Assembly: GCF_964188315.1 (NCBI RefSeq) | Contig: NC_135667.1 | Span: 12,028,001 to 12,092,000 of the forward strand | Origin: Podarcis muralis | Taxonomy: Eukaryota | Direction of reading: 5' to 3' | DNA: 64,000 nucleotides | In this document: one piece after another, positions 1 through 11,100 of the stretch | Numbering within the stretch: position 1 is the stretch's first letter | Layout of the letters: the number at the start of each line of letters is the position of its first letter | Position numbers and translations under genes: made by a program | The notes under the pieces: model-generated | The model's database searches: none | Seen by the model: the letters and a program-made list of their open reading frames with translations, nothing else | What the model was told of the DNA's origin: nothing

Positions 1-1584
1 TAGTACAAGAATACTTGGCTAGTCTAGATGTATTCAAGTCTCCAGGGCCAGATGAACTGCATCCAAGAGTATTAAAAGAACTGGCAGATGTGATTTCAGA
101 ACCACTGGCAGTCATCTTTGAGAATTCCTGGAGAACAGGCGAAGTCCCGGCAGACTGGAGGAGGGCAAATGTTGTCCCTATTTTCAAAAAAGGGAAAAGA
201 GAGGACCCAAATAATTACCGCCCAGTCAGTCTGACATCAATACCAGGGAAGATTCTGGAGCAGATCATTAAGCAAACAGTCTGTGAGCACCTAGAAAGGA
301 ATGCTGTGATCACCAATAGTCAGCATGGATTTCTGAAAAATAAGTCATGTCAGACTAACCTGATCTCGTTTTTTGACAGAATTACAAGCCTGGTAGATGA
401 AGGGAACGCAGTGGATGTAGTCTACCTTGATTTCAGCAAGGCATTTGACAAGGTGCCCCATGATATTCTTGTAAAGAAGCTGGTAAAATGCGGTCTTGAC
501 TATGCTACCACTCAGTGGATTTGTAACTGGCTGACTGACCGAACCCAAAGGGTGCTCATCAATGGTTCCTCTTCATCCTGGAGAAGAGTGACTAGTGGGG
601 TGCCACAGGGTTCTGTCTTGGGCCCGGTCTTATTCAACATCTTTATCAACGACTTGGATGATGGACTCAAGGGCATCCTGATCAAATTTGCAGATGACAC
701 CAAACTGGGAGGGGTGGCTAACACCCCAGAGGACAGGATCACACTTCAAAACGACCTTGACAGATTAGAGAACTGGGCCAAAACAAACAAGATGAATTTT
801 AACAGGGAGAAATGTAAAGTATTGCACTTGGGCAAAAAAAATGAGAGGCACAAATACAAGATGGGTGACACCTGGCTTGAGAGCAGTACATGTGAAAAGG
901 ATCTAGGAGTCTTGGTTGACCACAAACTTGACATGAGCCAACAGTGTGACGCGGCAGCTAAAAAAGCCAATGCAATTCTGGGCCTCATCAATAGGAGTAT
1001 AGCATCTAGATCAAGGGAAGTAATAGTGCCACTGTATTCTGCTCTGGTCAGACCTCACCTGGAGTACTGTGTCCAGTTCTGGGCACCACAGTTCAAGAAG
1101 GACACTGACAAACTGGAACGTGTCCAGAGGAGGGCAACCAAAATGGTCAAAGGCCTGGAAATGATGCCTTATGAGGAACGGCTAAGGGAGCTGGGCATGT
1201 TTAGCCTGGAGAAGAGGAGGTTAAGGGGTGATATGATAGCCATGTTCAAATATATAAAAGGATGTCACATAGAGGAGGGAGAAAGGCTGTTTTCTGCTGC
1301 TCCAGAGAAGCGGACACGGAGCAATGGATCCAAACTACAAGAAAGAAGATTCCACCTAAACATTAGGAAGAACTTCCTGACAGTAAGAGCTGTTCGACAG
1401 TGGAATTTGCTGCCAAGGAGTGTGGTGGAGTCTCCTTCTTTGGAGGTCTTTAAGCAGAGGCTTGACAACCATATGTCAGGAGTGCTCTGATGGTGTTTCC
1501 TGCTTGGCAGGGGGTTGGACTCGATGGCCCTTGTGGTCTCTTCCAACTCTATGATTCTATGATTCTATGATTCTATGATTCTAT
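1..1584 (+). mobile_element. CR1 LINE, 3' part (ORF2 reverse transcriptase plus 3' UTR), antisense within intron 3 of V2R-1
   Basis: The frame is open from the window edge to the stop at 1490. It has RT motifs ([36 protein letters not shown]). It ends in the CR1-type (ATTCTATG)n tail at about 1547-1584. Confidence 0.96.
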
Positions 1585-1868
1585 AAGAGGCCATTTTAGC
1601 TGAAACATCCTTACAGATGAATATAAAAGTAATACTAATATTACTTTTCTCTAGTTATCAGTCATGGCCAACTTAACCATCTCTAGTAATAAAATCTATG
1701 TATAGATTGTAAGTGATACGCTGAACTGAAACTTGCTGTTAAATGTCAACTATGATTAACCTACTGTTTGGATACCTAAAACTCCACTACGGTGAAGAGA
1801 AAATCTACGTATTACAGGGACTGCTGTTGCACCCATAGATATAATGAGTTTTTCTGCTTGCGGAATAC

Positions 1869-4800
1869 CTGCCATGGCTGTTGATTAATAAGGTTCCATG
1901 TTCTTTCACTGACTTTTGCTATGTTTTTGAATTTAAATGAATACATAGCATGTAAACCTTCTGCCACTGCATGTACAGCATTGTAGATACTATAGCTGTG
2001 ACCAGTCATTCTCATTTCAAAAACTGACTGAGGAAGTGTCTCCAGTTTTTCTTCCCCAGTGCAGATTTCACCAGCATCCTCTTCTAAGGTGGAACTCTGG
2101 AAAGTACAGCTAAAAGCATTTTCCCAGAAGACCCTAATAAAATCGTCTTTTTTTGCTGTGGTAGGGTTTCTTGTTTGAAGAAATGTGTGGAATCCTGGAA
2201 GATCCTTTGAGTGAATTGCCAAGGATATGCTGCCATGGATAAAGTGGATGTCCCAACTTTTTTGAGCACTAAGTGCTGTAAAATCCATCTCGGCTGTCAT
2301 AATCCAGATCTTTGTTTTTATGGGTATTTCCTCAAATTCTTGAAGATGCAACAGTGTTCTTAAAACAAGAATGGTGTGGATTTCACCATTTACAACCACT
2401 GCATTGGCAGTGCTTTTCATAATAGCATTGATTGTGTGAATCCCCTCCAGCACCAAATCATGAATTTCAGTAGAAAATACTGCTTTTGGAAATCTTTCGA
2501 CAAAATCAAAGCAGATGCCTTTCTGGGAGAAAGTGTGAAGCATGCTTGCTTTCAATCTCTCTCCACTGTCATCATTTATGAAAAGCACCCCAATCCATGT
2601 CCACTGAAAATGCAGCAGTAGCTGGACAATACCCATATACTGTTTGTCTCCATTTGGGAACATCTGGTGCAAAGAAACTCCATGGGTTTCATCATTTATC
2701 ACTGGAGCAGAGCCATACGTAAGCTAAAGAAAATAACAGTGAAAGTTAGAGAGACAATAAGGATAGCTCCAAATTAAAATGTGTTGCTGCAATTCCTAAA
2801 TTGTAAGGCTTGTCCTCAAAAACTGTCCAATCCAGCACTCAATGTGCATTAGGAGCTAATGAGATTAATGTAAAATACAGCTTTTTATTTCAATCACAAT
2901 CTCCAAGACTCCCGGCAAAACTCTATATACCAGGCATATATATAACTCTAAGGTACATTATACCTGGAGAATCTTATAAGTGCACAGGATGGTTGCAATG
3001 TGGAGACATATATCAGAATTGGGTCCCCCAATGACTGCAACTGGACTATTCTGAATGTCACACTTGTAGTTTGGGATAAACCCGCCTGGTGTAGACAGAA
3101 GTTCCATTGAGGCAAGGTAGGTCCATCTTGCATGGAAATTGCTGTTGTAGATGTGGAAACCCATGGTGACATTGGGTAATATCTGGGGGTTTTCATTTAT
3201 CTCTTTCACAGCAAATTGCAAGGCCAGGATTTGCTGGTAGCTCTGAGTTAATACCCTACAATGAGAAATAAATGATGCACCATAGTTTATCTCCTTCAAA
3301 ATTTGGTATTTGCTACATTTCAGTCCTATCTATACACTAAAAACTTTGCTCTAAGATAGATCATTTGGACATATTCTAGGAAGTGGGGGAAAACTTTTCA
3401 GCACATAGCCTGATGGCAAATAAAAGCTTGGATCCTAACCACTCCCATCCCCCAAATATGTCACTCTAAAGGATTAGGTTAAGATCCAAAGCAGGGCGAG
3501 AAGTGGCATTAGGAAGAGGCTGCAGGAAGAAATGGATTTACTAATAACATTCTGCTTCTGCCAGGAGTTTTAGACTCCACTCCCAATCTGGTATCATCTT
3601 ACATTAAGTGAAAACTATTATTCTAGGTAAAGAGGTGCCGGAACTCACCATGAACATGTTGTACCCACTCAATATTAGTTGTAAGATTTCTTATAAATAT
3701 TCCAATGCAAAAAAATGTATAGTCTTCTTGAAAGTAAATCTCACTGAAATCAGCAGGCCTTCCTCCCATTGTAGTGTGATTTGGATTACAGCCTGAGAGC
3801 TAAACAGCCTGAGAGCTATTCATGCAGTTAGTAATGGTTTCTCACTTTGTTTGACCTTTTGGTAGTTTACCTGGTCTATTATTATTCCTATTCAGTACAA
3901 TGAAGAAAGTTGCCACTCTATAGCAGAATTCCCAACCCTGCGTGAAACAAATGCTTTGAACTAGAACAGTGTTTCCCAACCTTTTTTGGGCAAAGGCACA
4001 CTTGTTTCATGAAAAAAATCTCGAGGCACACCACCATTACAGCCCCGTGACGTCAGCGCGCAGCGTCACGCCGGGAGGGACGCACGAAAGTGTAAGTTTC
4101 AATTTATTCCCCTCCCCCTTGCCTTCCTTCTGTGCCAACCGCCAAAAAGCCAAGAAAAAAGCCAAGACTTTAGGGCAGCAGGTCGACACGGAAGAAGCTC
4201 CTACCTAAGGACAGGTGCGACGGCTGTGTCCTCTTCTGCCACACTTGGCAGCCCTGCCTCACGGTCGTGACTCCCACCCTGATTTCTCCCCGCAGGTCGA
4301 GCGGCACAGGCAGCCCAATGTGTCCAGCCCAGACACAAGCCCCGCTTCCCCACTCTAGATCCTGAATGCGACCAAGTGCTCTGGACTCCCGAGCAGGGTG
4401 GGAAAGAGGACTCGCATCTGGTAGCCTCCGGGCTCCTCGCCTGCTCGAGGGATGGCATTGCAGGCAAGCTGCCGGCCGTCGCCATCGCCGCCCCCTCATG
4501 CGAGTGGACCTGCCCGGAGTGGTGGGCCGGGGGAGGCTCGCTCTCTGTGGGGATGTTGCCCGCACGCGCGGCCCCGCTTCCTCCTGCCCAGGGCTGAGCT
4601 CCTTACCCGCGATCTCGGTCTCGCGCACGCGGATCCCACTTATTCCGAAGCTCGCGCCACTAGCTGGGGCTCTCACACCGTGCCATGGCGAGGCGGCGCG
4701 GCCCACTGACGTCATCGCGGCTCGCCGCCGCCCTCGACTTCCCTGTTCCCTCCCCTCCCTTGGGTCGCCGTGGTTACCGAGGACTGCAAGCTGCTTGGGC

Positions 4801-5545
4801 GAGCGTGGGGCATTAAGTGGGAGAAGGAAAATTAAAATTAAAACTCGCCTGAAGGCCGCCTCTCCGGATATCTTTCGAATTTTTTAATTTTTCCCGCGGC
4901 ACACCAGGTAACGTCTCGCGGCACACTAGTGTGCCGCGGAACACCGGTTGGGAAACACTGAACTAGAACACCCATAGTTCCTGTCATTGGCTGTGATGGT
5001 GGATAATGATGGAAGTTATAGGCCAAAAGGCTAGTTAGGTGGGGTAGAAGGATAGAGAAGGCTGCTCTTGAAAAAATCCTTAAATATATTATACAGGAAG
5101 AGGATTAGGAGATGGACTCTCTCTCTGAATTTGCACTGCTGAAAATCACCGTCTACATAGAAACAGGGTAGGGTAGTATGATACAAATCTATACAATGAT
5201 GTAGAGACAATAAACCATTTGTAATGCACTGAAAATAAAGTTGATTGCATTGGCTTGCCTGAGAATGTACATTTTGCAAAACAACAGAACAGAACGAAAA
5301 CAAAACAACAATAATATGGTTCCTTACATGATATTGTCAAATGCTTCGTGAGAAGGATGTTCTTCAAATTTGATTGGATTAGGCAATATGTATATCTGAG
5401 AAATAATGCCAGCAATGATGAAATCTCCTACATGATAGCACTTGTGATGAGTAAGAATAGGGTGAGTGATGGTGTGTTTAACCATTGGAGAAATAGACAT
5501 CATTTGGGTTAGCAACACTAACACCAGTATCACAAATATCACCAT
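1869..5545 (-). CDS. V2R-1: vomeronasal type-2 receptor, exons 1-3 (exons 4-6 lie beyond the left edge)
   Basis: Exon 1 5545-5328 (signal peptide, phase 2), exon 2 3255-2964 (292 bp; [20 protein letters not shown]), exon 3 2723-1869 (855 bp; WTWIGV...YNAVHAVA). All are open with GT-AG sites. Confidence 0.9.
3967..4960. mobile_element. Non-autonomous hAT DNA transposon, about 1 kb, with CpG-rich interior
   Basis: Perfect 15-bp TIRs CAGTGTTTCCCAACC and a perfect 8-bp TSD AACTAGAA (3959-3966, 4961-4968). Confidence 0.9.
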
Positions 5546-6112
5546 CTTGCATGAAAACTCTGCCTTTTAAATATCAGCTCATTGGCTTTTATGTATATTG
5601 CCATCTGAGTGTCTTTGACTTGGATAACGTGACTTGAGTTTGCACGCAGTTGAAGCCAAAAACAACAACAACACACACAACGGAAGGTATCAGAAAACAG
5701 ACATGCAACCATCTCTATTCAAGGCTGTGTGTGACAGATAGGATTTTAACAGCATCCTTAGTCTCAGTTCACAATTGTGGGAAGGGTCATTGAATTCTCT
5801 GGGGACTAGCAGAATAACTAGATGTAATCATGGCTCATTGAAAATTACAAGGGAGACAATCACCTATGTAGCATTGCTGGATCTGTGTGACATAGCAGCA
5901 GAAAACATGTTTATCACAACTTGATAGAAGTCTCCCCCAGTTCTGTTCAGTAGAACCAGCTCAGTTTGGTTCTGTGAGATATTGCAGAAGAAAAATTATT
6001 TAACACAACTGGAGAGGAGTCTCCTTTGGACATGCTCAGGGGGACCCAGCTGGTTTGTAATGAACCATAGTAAGGAATAACAAACTTGAAGTAATGTATT
6101 CAAAAATGAATA

Positions 6113-6493
6113 CAGTGGTGCCTCGCAAGACGAAAAGAATCCGTTCCGCGAGTCTCTTCGTCTTGCGGTTTTTTCGTCTTGCAAAGCAAGCCCATTAGCG
6201 GCTTAGCGGATTAGCGCTATTAGCAGCTTAGCGGGCTTAGAGGATCAGCTGTTAAGCGGCTTAGCGGCTTAGCGGATCAGCTGTTAAGCAGCTTAGCGGA
6301 TCAGCTGATAAGCAGCTTAGCGGCTTGGGAAAAGGGGGGGAGGGAAAAAACCCTGCAGGAACTCGCAAGACATTTTCGTCTTGCGAAGCAAGCCCATAGG
6401 AAATTCGTTTTGCGAAGCACCTCCAAAACGGAAAACCCTTTCGTCTAGCGGGTTTTCCGTCTTGCGAGGCATTCGTCTTGCGGGGCACCACTG
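6113..6493. mobile_element. Tc1/mariner (Tigger-like) MITE with internal TTAGCGG minisatellite
   Basis: TIRs CAGTGGTGCC(T/C)CGCAAGACGAA with TA TSDs at 6111-6112 and 6494-6495. A sister copy lies at 59672-59976. Confidence 0.88.
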
Positions 6494-7265
6494 TACCAAC
6501 AGTAAAGAGGGAGTAGTTTGCAATGTCTGCCTTTTCAAAAGTGGCGTGAAGTCTTGCATAAGTTATGAACTTCTGCTATCAAAACTCAGTTGTGACGGCC
6601 CATAGGACTGTAATGAAAACAGGGCCCCTGATAAACAAGAGAGAGGTATCATGCTCAAAGCCACCCTAGGGTTTGTAAAAGTATGCAATCAGTGTTTTAA
6701 ATATTTGGCCTAGGGAGGCCAAAGCCCCTCCTCAAAAACATACAAAGCATACCTTGATTTTTTCCCAATTACTGGCAGAGATTAATACCCAAACAATATT
6801 TGCAATACAGAAGACAATTGACTCTGTTCTTAGTGCTGATTTATAGTTATTGTTGTTGTAAGTTATATTTGAGTGGTGCACCAATTTACTTGTATTACTG
6901 TATGATTTCAAGCCTAAGTAATAAAGATTTGAGATGTGCAAATCAGCTGGGTAATGGAATGGATAGGTTTGCTTTGTGAAATGACCACAGAAACCTTGTT
7001 CCATAGGTTTTATTTTGGTGAGAAGACATGAATGTAACTCTGCTGTGTTAAGTTGGGTTCTCTCCTAGCATCAGTACACTGTTTCATGGCATTTGAGAAT
7101 ATAAACCCACACCGTAAACAAGCTTCTGTTAAGCACAAGTCAGGCATGCCTCAATTCACTTAAAACCATGGAACAAGTTATGCTTAATAATGAACTCCCA
7201 ACATTTACAATGGGATCTCCCACTCTATCTCTGTAGAGTCTAGTTTTCTCCTGGTGTTTATTGTG

Positions 7266-7269
<4 letters not shown>

Positions 7270-7340
<71 letters not shown>
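7270..7340. repeat. Compound (CT)n(CA)n microsatellite
   Basis: Read directly from the sequence. Confidence 0.95.
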
Positions 7341-8154
7341 CAGCAAAATGAAGACATGAGACAATGAATGGGTTGAACTATGAGCCATAATATTTATTTA
7401 TTTACATCTGTAACATGCTTAACTAGCTAAAGTCAATCACCCAAACTCATGATAGTATCTCCTGCTACTAATGTGTTGGTGACCTCACCTGTGACTTCAT
7501 GCATCAGATTGGTGACATCAGTGGTGCTGGTAGACCCACACTCAGCCAAATAAGCAGAACAGCCTTCAAATACAGTTGGTTTGAAATGGGTAAAGTAGTA
7601 CACAGTAGATTAACATCTAAAGGAGTGGATGTGTTTAAGTTCAATACATAAAGTGCCTAAAATAAACTATGTGCACCATGTTTGCTCTCATGAACAGTGT
7701 GCAGAGGGGCCCTGTCAATGCCATAAACTCTTCAGCTGTTAAACTTAACAGCCGTTGAGACTGTTAAGGCTAAAGGAGTAGGAGACTCTATTCTGCTTCA
7801 CCTTGGATGAATGTCATTGAGACTTTGGTTCGGCTAATTCTGCATTATCCACTATGATGCTTCAGAATATGTGAACAATCTCCCTTCCAGTGGCAAATTT
7901 AGGAATGACAACAACAACAACATACCACAGCTAGGGGGGGAAAGGATGGGCAGAGTCTTGTAATCTTGAAATGCCAGATTAAGAGGAGGTGGGGCTGCAT
8001 CATGCCAATTCTCTACCAAGAGATGTAACTAAAGTAACCATTACCAAATGCCCCATTATTCATAGGGGTTAGGGGACCCCCTTGCCAACATTATGGGGAA
8101 CAACATAGTCACAGATAACTTTATCTAGATGAGGATCACAGACCTTTATGTTCC

Positions 8155-11100
8155 TTAATGCTTTATTCTAATGAGCTGTGCCTTGCTGTTCAGATCAGGC
8201 CTCACGACTATTATGTAGCATTTGGGGGAAAAGATGCAACCTAGTAATCCAGCACTAGAGGCCAATATGGAGAAGATCTCCACAGCCACCATGTATTTTC
8301 CTTTTGTGCTCAAGTAAGTTGGAACAAAGGACAACCAAACACTGCAGAAGACCAACATGCTGAAGGTGATAAATTTGGCTTCATTAAAACTGTCGGGTAA
8401 CTTCTTGGCTAGGAAAGCCACAGTGAAGCTGACAAAGGCAAGTAAACCCATAAAACCAAGAACATAGTAAAACATGGTGGCTGAGCCTTCATTACATTCC
8501 AGTATAATTTCTTTAGCCATTGAGTGCATGTCTGAATCTGGAAATGGAGGAGACGTTGCCAGCCACACAGTGCAGATAGTGGCTTGAATCATGAAGCAGC
8601 ACAGAACAATGGAGATGGCCAATCCTTTCCCCACCCATTTCCTCATACTGGATCCCGGCTTTGTGGCCATGAAAGCCAGCACCACAGTGATGGTTTTGGC
8701 CAAAATACAAGAAACAGCCATGGAGAAGATTATGCCAAAAGCAGGTTGTCGAAGAAGACACGTCAACTTCTCTGGCTGGCCAATGAATAGGAATACGCAA
8801 AGGAAGGAGAATAGGAGAGAGATGAGGAGGGTGTAGGTGAGGTCTATGTTGTTGGCTTTGACTATAGGAGTGTCTTTGTGCTTTATGAAAATTCCAAGCA
8901 CCGAGACTGTGATGGAAGAAAAGATAAGAGCAAAAATGGAGGTGCTCATCCCTAATGGTTCTTCGTAAGACAAGAAGCTTATATCTTTTGGAAGGCATAA
9001 ATCCCGGTCATTATTTGGGTATTGTCCACCATGGCACAGTATGCAGTCATCCATATCTGAAAAAATATTTCTCTACAGCCTTGTATATTGTACAATTCTT
9101 AAACAAGCATAATCAAGGATTCTTATTTGAAAGCCCTGCATTATTGTTCCCCCGGTTAAAATCTGAAATATGTTATTGAGTCATTCACATTCAGTTGTAT
9201 TTCAAAGAAGCCATATTGATGGCCCAGGAGAAAACTGACATTTTAGAACACAGTGACTATAAGAAACAGAATCCCATAACTGAAGAAATGTGTTTTCCGC
9301 TCACTATCACTAACTGGGAATTCTAACATGGGCCATCTGGTTGGAATGTGTAGTTCCTGTTCCCCATCTTGTTGATTAGGTATTGGTGTGTAGGTAGCTG
9401 TGCATCTAGCCTGACAAAAAACAGGAAATTAAGAGGGCAATATGAGTTGAGGCGTGTCCTGTTTGCCATCTGTTCAACCCCATGGGAACCCTACCAGTCT
9501 AAACTTGCTGTACTTTGAAAGAGGGTGTGTGCAGAGAAGCTGAATGGGATTCAGATGTGGATTCAGATGTGGGTATTCTGAGGGAGCGCCATCAACCCTG
9601 TTGCCTGAAACTGTGAACTCTGGGTATTATATCTGAATTTGTTTGGGCCCTGAGTGAAAGCCAGGTTCAATGGGAGGAGTCCTGGGTGAGAGCTGGGAGA
9701 CTGAGAGGTGACTGAAGGAAGTTGTAGTACAAAATATATTGAGGACACCAGCCTGGGGAAAGTTGCAGTACAGCATGATGTGCAATACGCACATGTAGGA
9801 TCACTGCCAACAAAGTTCAAAAGCTTTATACACGACTAATCTTACCCTTCTTGTTTGAGATCTTCCCTTCAGGGCATGGAATACAATCATAGCAGCAAAA
9901 TTGTTTCCCTTCCTTCTTTTTTCTTCTGTAACCTGAACGACAATTGTCATTACACAAAGAAAGCGGCCGTGTCTGTCCATAAAAGAGGAGAGAGTAATTT
10001 ATAATCCAATACTTCTATGGGGTTTGCATTGCAATATCTAAACCACTCCTCAAGAAATCATCTTTGGATTCAGAAAATATAAGTACTGTATCGGCCCAAA
10101 TATAAACCACACCCACAAATAAGCTGCACCTTTAAAATTCAGTGGCTTGGGGGAGGCTTGAGAGCCCTGGACGGGATGGGTGCTGTTGCCCCATGCTCCA
10201 GGGCTGCTTTCTGGGGGGAGCAGCACCACTTTGCCAGTGGCGTAAGGTTGCGAATATAAGCTACACTTTAACTTTTCACAATCGGAATTTGGGGGGGGGG
10301 GGAGGGCGGCTTATATTCGGGCCAATAAGGTAACTACAGTTCAGTTGCCAACCTCCCCTTCTTGGGCAGGGTTCTTGAGCAGGTGTTTGCAGACCAGAAT
10401 CAGGCACTAGGAGGAAACTAATTTTCTACATCCATTTCAATCGGGGTTGTTTAAGGGTATTCCGTTAAAGGAATCTGGGAGTGTGGATCTCGTCAAGCCC
10501 GGGGAGGGGCTAGGGCCATGCCACAACCCCAGCAGGAACCCAGGGGAGCTCGAGTCGATCTGCATCGGCGGAGCTCCCCCTACTGGTGTTTTGCCCTTAC
10601 CAGACTTCCTGCAAGGCGGGCAGGAGTCAGATATAATCTGTTGATGCCAATGCCTAGGCCAATACCACTCACATTCTGTGACCAATAAAGTTGTGGCCTA
10701 AATTTTGCCCATTAGCATTTAACCTAAAATTATGTGTCCTTGTGTCTTTATTCTCCTGGGGTGGCTGGAGGACCTTGACACGCAAATTCTTTGAGCATAC
10801 ACTGATCCTGGCCTGACTGTATTGACTGCCAATTAGTTTCCAGGCCCCATTCAGGCTGGTTTTGACCTATAAAGTCTTAAACATCTTAGGACTACAATAC
10901 GTCTCCCCATATAAACCAACCTGGTCCCTGCAATCATCACCTAAGGCCCTTATTTGTGTGCCTCTTCCACAAGAGGTCCAGAGAATAGCAACAGAGGAAC
11001 AGGGCTTTTCTACGGTGGCTCCGCATTTGTGGAATGCTCTCCCCAGGGATGCTCACCTGGTGCCTTCATTACATATCTTTAGATGCCAGTTGAGAATGTT

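Noticed and set aside
4170-4887. Several long overlapping ORFs (up to 181 aa) in the GC-rich hAT interior
   Set aside because: These are expected from high GC and few stops. There are no recognisable domains and no transposase motifs.
6190-6330. Short regularly repeated units resembling a CRISPR array
   Set aside because: There are no unique spacers, the context is eukaryotic, and it is a minisatellite within a MITE.
8513-8998. Alternate-frame and antisense ORFs overlapping 7TM and RT exons (also at 29765, 49845, 56806, 61286, 345-991)
   Set aside because: They are shadows of real coding sequence and recur only because the paralogs are similar.
8155-9056. Identity as CaSR, T1R taste receptor or mGluR
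   Set aside because: The six-exon layout, short C-tail, tandem multi-copy cluster and high ectodomain divergence fit V2Rs. No specific ortholog symbol can be assigned without a search.
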